In this document: positions 33,985 to 43,915 of the stretch, piece by piece
How the letters are laid out: the number at the start of each line of letters is the position of its first letter
Numbering within the stretch: position 1 is the first letter of the stretch
NCBI GenBank assembly: GCA_027484825.1
Contig: JAIXSE010000028.1
Location: 68,925-132,924 of the forward strand
Reading direction: 5' to 3'
From: Rubrivivax sp.
GTDB taxonomy: Bacteria; Pseudomonadota; Gammaproteobacteria; Burkholderiales; Burkholderiaceae_C
DNA: 64,000 nt
Translations under genes and position numbers: made by a program
Notes under the pieces: model-generated
What the model saw: only the letters and a program-made list of their open reading frames with translations
What the model was told of the DNA's origin: nothing
The model's database searches: none

Positions 33985-35063
33985 CTTCGATCGCCACCAC
34001 CGGCCTGCGTGCCGGACTGCTGAGCGCTGCACTGCTGGCTTCGCTGGCCGGACAGACGGCGCAGGCGGCTGTTGATCAGGACCAGGACCTGACGACGGCT
34101 GCTGCGGCGGATCAGTCCATCGCCGCGGCAGCGCCTGCGGCGGCTTCCTCCGCCGCCTCGGCCGCCGATGCTGCCGAAGCAGCTGCAGGCCCGGCCGCAG
34201 AGTCCGGTGCTGCTCCCGCCACCGCCGATGCCGCCAGTGCCCCCGTGGCGGCGGCTCCCGACGAAGCGGCCAGCGCTGCAACTGCCGCAGCTGCCGAAGC
34301 TTCTGGCGAGACGCAGGTCCCGGCCGCCGCCGGTCAGGCTGGCCAGGCGGCACAAGCCGCCGAGGCCCCGGACCCCACCCAGCCCAATCCGCGGGTGCGC
34401 AATCGCCAGGACCCCTGGGAGCGCTGGAACCGCAAGGTCTTCAACTTCAACGAGAAGCTGGACGAAAACATCCTGCGACCCGTGGCCACGGCCTACAGCA
34501 ACCTGGTGCCGTCCCCGGCTCGCCAAGCCGTTGACAACTTCTTCGGCAACTTCTCCGATGCCTGGTCGGCCGTCAACCTGTTCCTGCAAGGCCGTCTCAA
34601 GACCGGAGCCCAGCAGACCATGCGGGTGGCGGTCAACAGCGTGCTGGGTCTGGGCGGCCTGATCGACATCGCAACGCCTGCCGGCCTGGAAAAGACCTCG
34701 GAAGACCTCGGCCGCACCCTCGGCTACTGGGGTGTCAAGACCGGACCGTACATCGTCTGGCCGCTGCTGGGCCCATCGTCGCTGCGCGACTCGGTGGCCT
34801 TGCCCGCCAACATCTACTACTCCCCGGCCTACCTGTTTGACAACGGTGAGTACAAGGTGGCGATCAGCGCGCTGCAGATCATCAACACCCGCGCCGGGCT
34901 GTTGAAGGTCACCGACATGCTCGACGGCATTGCCCTGGACAAATACACCTTCGTGCGGGATGCCTATCTGCAGCGCCGCAACATCAAGGCGCACAGCAGC
35001 ACCGATGATGAGGAAGACGACTACGAAGTCATCACGCCGGAAGCCAAGCCCGCCACGCCTTGA
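33981..35063 (+). CDS. mlaA: MlaA/VacJ with ~100-aa Ala-rich linker and no cysteine
   Basis: 'DPWERWNRKVFNFNE', 'EDLGRTLGYWG', 'PLLGPSSLRD', 'DKYTFVRDAYLQRR'; ATGA overlap supports the start. Confidence 0.93.
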   Translation: MTSIATTGLRAGLLSAALLASLAGQTAQAAVDQDQDLTTAAAADQSIAAAAPAAASSAASAADAAEAAAGPAAESGAAPATADAASAPVAAAPDEAASAATAAAAEASGETQVPAAAGQAGQAAQAAEAPDPTQPNPRVRNRQDPWERWNRKVFNFNEKLDENILRPVATAYSNLVPSPARQAVDNFFGNFSDAWSAVNLFLQGRLKTGAQQTMRVAVNSVLGLGGLIDIATPAGLEKTSEDLGRTLGYWGVKTGPYIVWPLLGPSSLRDSVALPANIYYSPAYLFDNGEYKVAISALQIINTRAGLLKVTDMLDGIALDKYTFVRDAYLQRRNIKAHSSTDDEEDDYEVITPEAKPATP

Positions 35064-35141
35064 GCGGACACAGTCTCCGGTACACCCATGAGGGACCTGG
35101 CGCGTTGTAGCCCTGTCCCAGCCCAAAGAGAAAGGACAAGC

Positions 35142-35783
35142 ATGATTTCCACCAAACGACTGCTGCTGAAGCTGGCCCTGTCCGTGGCGGCGGTGAGCCC
35201 GCTGGCCGCGTTCGCGGCCGATGCCAGCGCGCCGGACCAGTTGATCCGCCAGCTCTCCGTCGAGACGCTGGATGCGGTCAAGAGCGACAAGGCCATCCAG
35301 GGTGGCGACGTCAGCAAGATCATGCAGCTCGTCGACACCAAGGTCATGCCGCATGTGGACTTCCAGCGCATCACCGCGTCGGCGGTCGGCCGCTTCTGGC
35401 GCCAGGCCTCGCCCGAGCAGAAGCAGCGTCTGCAGGACGAGTTCAAGACCCTGCTGGTGCGCACCTATGCCGGCGCCCTGACCCAGGTGCGGGACCAGAC
35501 CATTGCCCTGAAGCCGCTGCGCGCAGCCCCGGAAGACACCGAAGTGGTGGTCAAGACCGAGATCCGCGGCCGTGGCGATCCGATCCAGCTGGACTACCGT
35601 CTGGAGAAGACCGACGCCGGCTGGAAGATCTATGACGTGAACGTGCTGGGCATCTGGCTGGCCGACCAATACCGCAACAGCTTCGCCCAGGAAATCAATG
35701 CCAATGGCATCGACGGCCTGATCAAGGCGCTGGCTGAGCGCAACGCCGCCAAGCCGGCCGCTTCGGCGCCGAAGAAGGGCTGA
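35142..35783 (+). CDS. mlaC: Periplasmic phospholipid shuttle MlaC
   Basis: Ttg2D-like 'LLVRTYAGAL', 'WKIYDVNVLG', 'GIDGLI'. Confidence 0.95.
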   Translation: MISTKRLLLKLALSVAAVSPLAAFAADASAPDQLIRQLSVETLDAVKSDKAIQGGDVSKIMQLVDTKVMPHVDFQRITASAVGRFWRQASPEQKQRLQDEFKTLLVRTYAGALTQVRDQTIALKPLRAAPEDTEVVVKTEIRGRGDPIQLDYRLEKTDAGWKIYDVNVLGIWLADQYRNSFAQEINANGIDGLIKALAERNAAKPAASAPKKG

Positions 35784-35787
35784 TGCC

Positions 35788-36114
35788 ATGCTGAAGCTGC
35801 CTGCCAGCCTGCGCATGGACAACGTGCCGCAGGTGTGGGCTCAGCTCGAAGATGCGCTGCGGGCCGAGATGGTGCAGGTGGGCAATGCCGCCGGCCGCTC
35901 GGTCAGCCTGGATGCCAGCGGCCTGAACGACTTCGATTCGGCCGCTCTGAGCCTGTTGCTCAGCGCCCTGCGCATGTGCGGGCAGAACGGCTGGCAACTG
36001 GACCTGCTCCAGCCGCCGGCCCAGCTTCGGGAACTGGCCCGTGTCTATGGGCTGGAGTCGCTGTTCTGGGCCGATGCTGCGCCATCGCCAGCCGCCGCAG
36101 ACCTGGCCGCCTGA
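35788..36114 (+). CDS. mlaB: STAS-domain MlaB
   Basis: 'DFDSAALSLLL', 'LARVYGL'. Confidence 0.9.
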   Translation: MLKLPASLRMDNVPQVWAQLEDALRAEMVQVGNAAGRSVSLDASGLNDFDSAALSLLLSALRMCGQNGWQLDLLQPPAQLRELARVYGLESLFWADAAPSPAAADLAA

Positions 36115-36140
36115 CCGTCGGTCGGCACAGCACCCATGAA

Positions 36141-36164
36141 AAAACCGGGCCTCGGCCCGGTTTT
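36141..36164. terminator. Bidirectional intrinsic terminator between mlaB and hexR
   Basis: aaaaccgggc-ctcg-gcccggtttt. Confidence 0.88.
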
Positions 36165-36228
36165 GTTTTTGGTGCGGCGGTGCGGTGGTGCAGCAGCCTC
36201 CGCAGCTCGCGGCCTCCCGGCCTTCGGG

Positions 36229-37095
36229 CTACTGCGCGTAGCGCTTGCTCCGCAGATTCTTCTTGATCTCCTGCAGCATCGGCCGCAGGTTCTCGCCCAG
36301 GCGCAGCGCCACACCGGTGGTCAGCACGTCCACCACCACCAGGTGCAGCAGTCGCGACACCATCGGGCTGTAGCGGTCGTAGTCCTCCGGATGGTCCACC
36401 GCCAGCAGCACCTGACCCGGCAACTGCCCCATCTGCGCCAGCGGTGAGCCGCTGGCCGTGATGATGATGGTGGTCGCCCCCTTCTTGCGGGCAATCTCCG
36501 CCGCATCCATCAGGTCGCGGCTGCGGCCGGAGTTGGAGATGATCACCGCGCAGTCGCCCGGGCCCAGCATGGTGGCGCTCATCAGTTGGATGTGGCCATC
36601 GCTGCAGGCGAAGGTGTTGACGCCCAGTCGGAAGAACTTGTGCTGCGCATCCATGGCCACGATGCCGGAGTTGCCGACGCCGTAGAACTCGATGCGCTTG
36701 TGCTCCCGTCCGGCCTCGGTCAGCGCCAGGATGGCGCGTTCGAAGGCATGGCTGGCGGCGTCATTGCGGTAGTGCAGCAGGGCCGCCACCGCGTTGTCCA
36801 CCACCTTGACGATCAGGTCGCCGGGCTTGTCGTCCTCATCCACCGCGCGGTGCACGAAGGGCACGCCCTCGTTGACGCTGCCAGCCAGCTTCAGCTTGAA
36901 GTCGGCCAGCCCGTCATAGCCCACACTGCGGCAAAAGCGCACCACGGTGGGCTTGCTGACATGGGAGCGGTCGGCCAGCTCGCTGACCGGCAGGTTGGCA
37001 AAGGCACGGGGATCGGTCAGCAAGAGCTTGGCCACCCGCTGCTCGGCCGGCGGCAGGGCGGGCAGGGCCGCCTTGATGCGTTCGAGCATGCTCAT
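36229..37095 (-). CDS. hexR: RpiR-family regulator HexR (HTH + SIS)
   Basis: 'VSKPTVVRFCRSVGY', 'YGVGNSGIVA', 'ISNSGRS'; immediately downstream of zwf. Confidence 0.88.
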   Translation of the reverse strand: MSMLERIKAALPALPPAEQRVAKLLLTDPRAFANLPVSELADRSHVSKPTVVRFCRSVGYDGLADFKLKLAGSVNEGVPFVHRAVDEDDKPGDLIVKVVDNAVAALLHYRNDAASHAFERAILALTEAGREHKRIEFYGVGNSGIVAMDAQHKFFRLGVNTFACSDGHIQLMSATMLGPGDCAVIISNSGRSRDLMDAAEIARKKGATTIIITASGSPLAQMGQLPGQVLLAVDHPEDYDRYSPMVSRLLHLVVVDVLTTGVALRLGENLRPMLQEIKKNLRSKRYAQ

Positions 37096-37120
37096 GGACG
37101 GGACTCGCGCGGCAGCGGGC

Positions 37121-38566
37121 TCAGCACTCTTCGATCCAGGAATGACCGTCGCGCGCCACCAGGGCGCTGGCGGCTGGAGGGCCCCAGGTGCCGGCCACAT
37201 AGCTGCGGGGGCCGGTGCCGTCGTTCTTCCAGTAGTTCAGGATGGGCTCCACCCACTTCCAGGCCTGCTCCTGCTCGTCGCTGCGGACAAACAGGTTGAG
37301 TCGGCCGGCAATCGCATCCAGCAGCAGACGCTCATAGGCGCCCACGCGGTCGGCGGCGAAGGCCTTGTCGAAGTCCAGGTCCAGCGACACCGGGCTCAGC
37401 GCCTCGGTGCTGGAGCCGCCCTTGGCCGCCATCAATTGCAGTTCCAGACCGTCCTCCGGCTGCAGCTTGATGATCAGCCGGTTGGGGCAGCTGCCGCCGG
37501 GGAAGATCGGATGCGGGACCGGGCGGAAATTGATGACGATCTGCGCATCTCGGGCTGCCAGCCGCTTGCCGGTGCGCAGGTAGAAGGGCACACCGGCCCA
37601 GCGCCAGTTCTGCACTTCGGTGCGCAGGGCCACGAAGGTCTCGGTGTGGCTGCCGGGCGGCACCTTGCCTTCTTCCAGATACCCCGGGACGGACTTGCCG
37701 CCGGCAGTGCCGGCGCGGTACTGGCCGCGGACCACGTCCCGCGAGACGGTCTCCGGCGTGAACGGCTTGAGCGCGCGCAGCACCTTGAGTTTCTCGTCGC
37801 GGATGGCGTCGGCATCATTGCTGGACGGCGCCTCCATGGCGATCATGGTGAGCAGCTGCAGCGCATGGTTCTGGATCATGTCGCGCAGCGCACCGGTGCC
37901 GTCGTAGAACGGACCGCGCGTGCCCACGCCCAGCGATTCCGCCAGGGTGATCTGGATGTTGGAGATGCTCTCGCGGCGCCACAGCGGCTCGAACAGCGCA
38001 TTGCCAAAGCGCAGCGCCATCAGGTTCTGCACCGAGGGCTTGCCCAGGTAGTGGTCGATGCGGAAGGCCTGCGTTTCGTCGAAGACGCTGCGCACCACCC
38101 GGTTGATCTGCTGGGCGCTGGCCAGGTCGTGGCCCAGCGGTTTTTCCAGCACCACACGCACCTTCGGGCCATTCAGGCCGGCAGCGCCCAGTTGCTCGCA
38201 GATCTGGGTGAACAGGTGCGGGCTGGTGGCCAGGTAGAGCACGACGGTGTCGGCATTGCGCTCGCCCAGCCATTCCTTCAGTCGGGAGTAATGGTCGGGC
38301 TGGGACAGGTCCATGCGCCGGTAATGCACCAGCGAGGCAAAGCGTTCGAATTCTTCGTCGGAGGGGCGCTTGCCTTCCTCGACTTCGCGGAAGCGCTCCT
38401 TGAGCCATTCGCGATAACGCTCATCCGGCATCTCGTCACGGGCGACGGCCAGAATGCGGCCGTTCTCGGGCAGCTTGCCGTGCCGGAAGGCCTGGAAGAG
38501 GGCGGGCATGAGCTTGCGCCAGGTCAGGTCGCCGGTGCCACCAAAAAAGACAAGATCAAAGGACAT
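37121..38566 (-). CDS. zwf: Glucose-6-phosphate 1-dehydrogenase
   Basis: 'GGTGDL', 'RIDHYLGK', 'RWAGVPFYLRTGKRL'. Confidence 0.98.
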   Translation of the reverse strand: MSFDLVFFGGTGDLTWRKLMPALFQAFRHGKLPENGRILAVARDEMPDERYREWLKERFREVEEGKRPSDEEFERFASLVHYRRMDLSQPDHYSRLKEWLGERNADTVVLYLATSPHLFTQICEQLGAAGLNGPKVRVVLEKPLGHDLASAQQINRVVRSVFDETQAFRIDHYLGKPSVQNLMALRFGNALFEPLWRRESISNIQITLAESLGVGTRGPFYDGTGALRDMIQNHALQLLTMIAMEAPSSNDADAIRDEKLKVLRALKPFTPETVSRDVVRGQYRAGTAGGKSVPGYLEEGKVPPGSHTETFVALRTEVQNWRWAGVPFYLRTGKRLAARDAQIVINFRPVPHPIFPGGSCPNRLIIKLQPEDGLELQLMAAKGGSSTEALSPVSLDLDFDKAFAADRVGAYERLLLDAIAGRLNLFVRSDEQEQAWKWVEPILNYWKNDGTGPRSYVAGTWGPPAASALVARDGHSWIEEC

Positions 38567-38614
38567 GTGCGCGGCGCTCCCGCGAAGGAGCGCGATAGTT
38601 GGCTGACGTCTTGA

Positions 38615-38629
38615 TGTAACGAAGTTACC
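38615..38629. promoter_or_regulatory. Palindromic putative HexR operator
   Basis: TGTAAC-GAA-GTTACC between divergent zwf and tal, overlapping a TTGATG-N18-TATGAT promoter (38611-38640). Confidence 0.7.
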
Positions 38630-38771
38630 GGAATTATGATGCCGCAGTTTCTTTGGACGGTCAATCCGCTGGCGGCAGAGGTTCTAATACGGGGCACTGG
38701 GGCAAGGCTCATGCCGCGCTCCGCCTCCAGATTCAACCCTCCGATTGTGACCGCCCCCAAGGCGCCCCCCT

Positions 38772-39722
38772 ATGAACCAGCTCGAACAACTGAAGGCCTT
38801 CACCACTGTGGTGGCCGACACCGGCAACTTCAAGCAACTGGCGCAGTTCACGCCGCGTGATGCCACGACCAATCCGTCGCTCATCCTCAAGGCCGTGCAA
38901 TCGCCGGACTATGTGCACCTGCTGGAAAACACCGTGTCCGCCTTCAAGACGGACGCCCTGGACCTGATCGTGGACCAGGTGCTGGTGGCCTTCGGTCTGG
39001 AGATCCTGAAGGTGGTGCCGGGCCGCGTCTCCACCGAAGTGGACGCCCGCCTGAGCTTCGACACCGTCGGCACCCTGGCCCGCGCCCGCCGCATCATGGC
39101 CCTGTATGAAGCGGCCGGCATCCCGCGCGACCGGGTGCTGATCAAGATCGCCGCCACCTGGGAAGGCATCCAAGCCGCCCGGGAACTGGAGCGGGAAGGC
39201 ATCCACTGCAACCTGACCCTGCTGTTCTCCTTCTGCCAGGCGGTGGCCTGCGGCGAGTCCGGCATCCAGCTGATCTCCCCCTTCGTGGGCCGCATCTACG
39301 ACTGGTACAAGAAGTCCGCCGGCAGCCAGTGGGACGAAGCCGCCAACGCCGGCGTGAACGACCCCGGCGTCAAGTCGGTGGCGGCGATCTTCAACTACTT
39401 CAAGAAGCAGGGCATCAACACCGAGGTGATGGGCGCCAGCTTCCGCAACATCGGGCAGATCCAGGCGCTGGCCGGCTGCGACCTGCTCACCATCAGCCCC
39501 GACCTGCTGGCCCAGCTCCAGGCCACCGAGGCCCCGCTGGCCAAGGCCCTGGACGCCGACGCTGCCAAGGCCCTGGATTTGCCCAAGGTCTCGTTCAACG
39601 AAGCGGCCTTCCGCTTTGCCCTCAACCAGGATGCCATGGCCACCGAGAAGCTGGCGGAAGGCATCCGCCTGTTTGCCGCCGATGCCGGCAAGCTGGACCA
39701 GATGATCGAAAGCCTGCGATGA
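38772..39722 (+). CDS. tal: Transaldolase
   Basis: 'VVADTG', '[12 protein letters not shown]', '[11 protein letters not shown]', 'VMGASFRN'. Confidence 0.98.
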   Translation: MNQLEQLKAFTTVVADTGNFKQLAQFTPRDATTNPSLILKAVQSPDYVHLLENTVSAFKTDALDLIVDQVLVAFGLEILKVVPGRVSTEVDARLSFDTVGTLARARRIMALYEAAGIPRDRVLIKIAATWEGIQAARELEREGIHCNLTLLFSFCQAVACGESGIQLISPFVGRIYDWYKKSAGSQWDEAANAGVNDPGVKSVAAIFNYFKKQGINTEVMGASFRNIGQIQALAGCDLLTISPDLLAQLQATEAPLAKALDADAAKALDLPKVSFNEAAFRFALNQDAMATEKLAEGIRLFAADAGKLDQMIESLR

Positions 39723-41347
39723 GCCTGTTCCCGCGTTGCGACAGCAGCCCCCACTGGGCCGCCCTCCACCAGCATTTCCAGCACACCGGTGCTGCCTTCG
39801 ACATCCGGCAGGCCTTTGCGGCGGAGCCGGAGCGCTTCCAGCGCTGGTCCCTGCAGGCGCCCGAGGTGTTTGCCGACCTGTCCAAGAACCGCATCGATGC
39901 CAAGACCCTCGAGCTGCTCCTGGGCCTGGCGGCGGACGTGCGGCTGGAGGCGCAACGCGAGGCGCTTTTCAACGGCGACCCGATCAACCACACCGAAGGC
40001 CGCGCCGTGCTGCACACCGCGCTGCGCGCGCCGGCCGGCCTGGCGCCCTTCAGCGATGAGGTGCAGGCCTCGCTGGACCGCATGCTGTCCTTTGCCGACA
40101 GCGTGCGGGACCAGGCCATCAGCGGCATCACCGACGTGGTGCACATCGGCATCGGCGGGTCCGACCTCGGTCCCGCCATGGTGGTGCAGGCGCTGCAGGC
40201 CTATGTGCCGGCCACGCTGAAACTGCACTTCGTCTCCAATGTGGACGGCCACGACCTGGCGCCGGTGCTGCGGGGCCTGAACCCGGCCACCACCCAGTTC
40301 GTCATCGCCTCCAAGACCTTCACCACCCAGGAAACCCTGGCCAATGCCCAGGCCGCCAAGGCGTGGTTCCTGCAGCAGGGCGGCACCGACATCGCCCGCC
40401 ACTTTGCCGCCACCACCAGCAATGCCAAGGCGGCCGCCGACTTCGGCATCACCACCACCTTCGGGTTCTGGGACTGGGTGGGCGGGCGTTATTCGCTCTG
40501 GTCGGTGATCGGGCTGCCGATCGCCATCGCGGTGGGCTCAGCCCAGTTCAAGGCGCTGCTGGCCGGGGCGCATGCCATGGACCAGCATTTCCGCACCGCG
40601 CCGCTGGCCACCAATCTGCCGGTGCTGCTGGGCCTGCTGGACGTCTGGTACCGCAACTTCCACGGCTTCACCAGCCGCTCGGTCGCCCCCTATCACCAGG
40701 GGCTGCGCCGCCTGCCGGCCTACCTCCAGCAACTGGAGATGGAGAGCAACGGCAAGGGCGTGGACCGGGACGGACAGGCGCTGGGCTACGGCACCAGCCC
40801 GGTCGTCTGGGGCGAAGCGGGCACCAACGGTCAGCATGCCTACTTCCAGATGCTGCACCAGGGCACGGATGTCATTCCGGTCGAGTTCATCGCCGTCAAA
40901 ACCCCGCAGTTCGGCGAGCATGTCACCGGCGAGCTGCTGACCCGCCTGCAGGACCAGCACACCAAACTGCTGGCGAATTGCCTGGCGCAGTCGCAGGCCC
41001 TGATGCAGGGCAAGACGGCTGAGGCGGCGCGGGCGGAATCGGCCCCGACGGCGTCCAAGGACCTGTCGCCCGACGTGCTGGCCCGCCACCGCAGCTTCCC
41101 TGGCAACCGCCCCAGCACGACGCTGGTGCTGGAGGCGCTGACGCCCGCATCACTCGGCGCCCTGATTGCGCTGTATGAGCACCGGGTCTTTGTCAGCGGG
41201 GCGGTCTGGAACATCAACAGCTTCGATCAGTGGGGGGTTGAGCTGGGCAAGGCGCTGTGCAACAGCCTGCTGCCGCGCCTGAGCAGCGGCGACCTGACCG
41301 GCCTGGATGCGTCCACTGCCGGCCTGCTGACCCGCCTCAAGGCATGA
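39719..41347 (+). CDS. pgi: Glucose-6-phosphate isomerase
   Basis: '[10 protein letters not shown]', 'SKTFTTQET', '[11 protein letters not shown]', '[10 protein letters not shown]'; ATGA overlap with tal. Confidence 0.98.
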   Translation: MSLFPRCDSSPHWAALHQHFQHTGAAFDIRQAFAAEPERFQRWSLQAPEVFADLSKNRIDAKTLELLLGLAADVRLEAQREALFNGDPINHTEGRAVLHTALRAPAGLAPFSDEVQASLDRMLSFADSVRDQAISGITDVVHIGIGGSDLGPAMVVQALQAYVPATLKLHFVSNVDGHDLAPVLRGLNPATTQFVIASKTFTTQETLANAQAAKAWFLQQGGTDIARHFAATTSNAKAAADFGITTTFGFWDWVGGRYSLWSVIGLPIAIAVGSAQFKALLAGAHAMDQHFRTAPLATNLPVLLGLLDVWYRNFHGFTSRSVAPYHQGLRRLPAYLQQLEMESNGKGVDRDGQALGYGTSPVVWGEAGTNGQHAYFQMLHQGTDVIPVEFIAVKTPQFGEHVTGELLTRLQDQHTKLLANCLAQSQALMQGKTAEAARAESAPTASKDLSPDVLARHRSFPGNRPSTTLVLEALTPASLGALIALYEHRVFVSGAVWNINSFDQWGVELGKALCNSLLPRLSSGDLTGLDASTAGLLTRLKA

Positions 41348-41358
41348 GGGGCCGCGGC

Positions 41359-41979
41359 ATGAAGATCGTGTTCGATTTCGGCGGCGTGCTGTTCCGCTGG
41401 CATCCGCCCAGTTTCCTGGCCCGCGTCTGGCCGCACCGCGTGCCGGATGAGGCGGTCGGGGCCGAGGTGGCCCGGACCTTCTTCCAGAACTACACCGGGG
41501 ACTGGGGCGCTTTTGACCAGGGCCTGGCGGATGCCGCCACCACCGCCGACCGCATCACGGCCCGCACCGGCTGGCCACGGCAGGAGATCGTGACGGTGAT
41601 GGAAGCGGTTCCGCAGGAACTGCAGCTGATTGAAGGCACCGCTGCGCTGATCCAGGACCTGAAGGCCGCAGGGCATACGCTGCATTTCCTGTCCAACATG
41701 CCCGAGCCCTATGCGGACCATCTGGAGACGCACCATCCGCTGGGCGATTGGTTCGAATCCGGCATCTTCTCAGGCCGTGTCAAGCAGGCCAAGCCGCATG
41801 CGCCGATCTTTGAGATGGCGGTCGAGCAGTTCGACGCCCAGCCGCAGGACCTGGTCTTCCTGGACGATCACCCCGCCAACATCGAGGCCGCCACGGCCCT
41901 GGGTTGGCAGGCGGTGCTGTTCACCACGCCAGAGGCAGCACGGGAGGCGCTGGAGGCGCGGGGACTGTTGACGGCCTGA
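41359..41979 (+). CDS. HAD-IA family phosphatase (YihX-like)
   Basis: 'IVFDFGGVL', 'LSN', 'KP', 'FLDD'. Confidence 0.88.
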   Translation: MKIVFDFGGVLFRWHPPSFLARVWPHRVPDEAVGAEVARTFFQNYTGDWGAFDQGLADAATTADRITARTGWPRQEIVTVMEAVPQELQLIEGTAALIQDLKAAGHTLHFLSNMPEPYADHLETHHPLGDWFESGIFSGRVKQAKPHAPIFEMAVEQFDAQPQDLVFLDDHPANIEAATALGWQAVLFTTPEAAREALEARGLLTA

Positions 41980-42075
41980 TCAGCCCGCCGAGCGGGTCGC
42001 CTGGCATCGGACGGCGGGCTCTGTCCAACAAGGGCATCGCGGCCCAGCCGCAGCGCTCCCACCGTCGCCATGCGT

Positions 42076-42402
42076 TCACTTCTCGGCGTCGTTCTCGTCT
42101 TCTGTGGTGGGCGGTGCCGCCACCCGGAACGACTCATCCGCCCAGTGGCCGAGATCAATCTGCCGGCAGCGCTCGCCGCAGAACGGCCGCCACGGGTTGC
42201 TGGGGGCGAAGATGCTGTCCCCGCCGCAGGTCGGGCAGGGCACGATGCGCGGGCGGGCGGCGGCTTGCGCTGCCGGAGCGCCCTGCGATGCCTGCAGCCC
42301 AGACCCGGTGGAGGCGCTGGAAGCGCTGAGCGTGCTGGACGCACCGGATGAGGCCGGCACGGCGGACGGCGTGGAAACGCTGGAAGACGGCTTGGAAGTC
42401 AT
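42076..42402 (-). CDS. yacG: DNA gyrase inhibitor YacG with Ser-rich N-terminal extension
   Basis: 'CPTC...[17 protein letters not shown]' zinc finger; follows zapD. Confidence 0.9.
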   Translation of the reverse strand: MTSKPSSSVSTPSAVPASSGASSTLSASSASTGSGLQASQGAPAAQAAARPRIVPCPTCGGDSIFAPSNPWRPFCGERCRQIDLGHWADESFRVAAPPTTEDENDAEK

Positions 42403-42459
42403 GGCAGAAACTGCGTGGCGCTGCACGGGACAGCAGGGAGCGGCGTTCGCCGGCGCCCC

Positions 42460-43215
42460 TCAGGCGCACAGCGTCAATTCAAAAGTGGCGTCGACAGGGG
42501 CAGGTTTCAAGCGGCCCTCGTCATCCTGACGCATCAGGCGGATGGACACCATCAGGCGGTGTCCGCTGATTTCCGGCACCAGGCCCAAACTGGGGTCGAT
42601 GCGCATGCGCAGCAGCTGAAAACTGCGGCCTTGCGGCAGGCTCTGCTGGTACTGGCCGGCATGGGCCGCCACTTTGTGCGGTGACCCACTGTCGCGCAGC
42701 AGACCCAGCAGCACATTCAGCGCCTCGGCCAGCGGCATCAGGGTCTGAGCCCACTGCATCAGGTCATTGCGGCGTCGGGCCGGCAGGTACTGCTGCCAGG
42801 TGTAATAACCGGGCAGATCAAATTCGCAGGTGCCCCCAGGAATCGAGATGCGGCTGCGGATGCTCATCAACCACTCATTGGTGGTCAGCGCCTGACCGGC
42901 CTTGCCGGGCAGCTGGTTCAGCTTGTCGAAGGCGTGATCAATGCGGCCCACCACCTCGTCCAGCACGGACTCGGCAATGGCCGGGTTGCCCCGATAGCCG
43001 TTGAGCTGGGTGCGATGGCGCTCCAGCTCCTTGAGCAGGTCGGCTTTGAGGTCGGCGCGCGAGGCCACATCCATCACTTCGAAGATGGTGGCGAGCGCAT
43101 AGTGGTGGTCCAGCGGCGTGTCGCGCGCCACCAACTGGCCCAATCGATCGAACAGATGCTCCAGCCTGAGCATCGTGCGGATGCTCTCGTTGAAGGGGTA
43201 TTCGTAGAGGATCAA
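42460..43215 (-). CDS. zapD: Cell division protein ZapD
   Basis: 'ILYEYPFNESIRTMLRLE', 'GGTCEFDLP'; TTG start inferred. Confidence 0.93.
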   Translation of the reverse strand: MILYEYPFNESIRTMLRLEHLFDRLGQLVARDTPLDHHYALATIFEVMDVASRADLKADLLKELERHRTQLNGYRGNPAIAESVLDEVVGRIDHAFDKLNQLPGKAGQALTTNEWLMSIRSRISIPGGTCEFDLPGYYTWQQYLPARRRNDLMQWAQTLMPLAEALNVLLGLLRDSGSPHKVAAHAGQYQQSLPQGRSFQLLRMRIDPSLGLVPEISGHRLMVSIRLMRQDDEGRLKPAPVDATFELTLCA

Positions 43216-43292
43216 GTCGGCCCATCCTGTCACGGCAAGGGGCCATTGTTCCACAGGCCAGCCGTGACCCACCCGCGTGCGGGGTCGTGTGG

Positions 43293-43886
43293 TCAGAACA
43301 GGGGGCTTGTCAACAGCGCCGCAACTCCCTGATGCAATTGATCCAGACTCAGACCGTCGTTGTAGAGGACGGCGTCTGCAGCGGCCCGCCGCTGGGCGCG
43401 GGTGGCCTGCTGGGCCATGATGGCGCGCACCTGGGCCTCCTCGAGGCCGGAGCGCTGCATGACCCGCTGCAACTGGGTGGTTTCCTCGCAGTCCACCACC
43501 AGCACCCGGTGCAGTTTGTGGCGCCAGCGGCCGGACTCCACCAGCAGGGGGACATCGAAGACCACGTGCTGTCCAGGCGCTGCCAGCAGGGCAAGGCGTT
43601 CAGTCTCTTCGCCGATGAGGGGATGCAGAATGGCTTCGAGGGCGTGCCGGGCCGACGGATCCTCGAAGGCCAGCGTGCGCATGGCCGGTCGGTTCAATGC
43701 GCCGTCTGCCGTCACGAATCCGGCGCCAAAGCGCTGGGCAATGAGGGGCATGGCAGCGCCACCTGGCTGGGTGAGGGCGCGGGAAATCGCGTCGGTATCC
43801 ACCAGTTGCCAGCCGCCCAGCTGCACCAGCGCCTGGGCCACGGTGCTCTTGCCGCTGCCGATGCCGCCTGTGAGCCCGATGCGCAT
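43293..43886 (-). CDS. coaE: Dephospho-CoA kinase
   Basis: 'IGLTGGIGSGKSTV', 'DVPLLVE'. Confidence 0.96.
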   Translation of the reverse strand: MRIGLTGGIGSGKSTVAQALVQLGGWQLVDTDAISRALTQPGGAAMPLIAQRFGAGFVTADGALNRPAMRTLAFEDPSARHALEAILHPLIGEETERLALLAAPGQHVVFDVPLLVESGRWRHKLHRVLVVDCEETTQLQRVMQRSGLEEAQVRAIMAQQATRAQRRAAADAVLYNDGLSLDQLHQGVAALLTSPLF

Positions 43887-43915
43887 GACGCGTGGCCTGG
43901 GTGAGGGGTAAGGGG

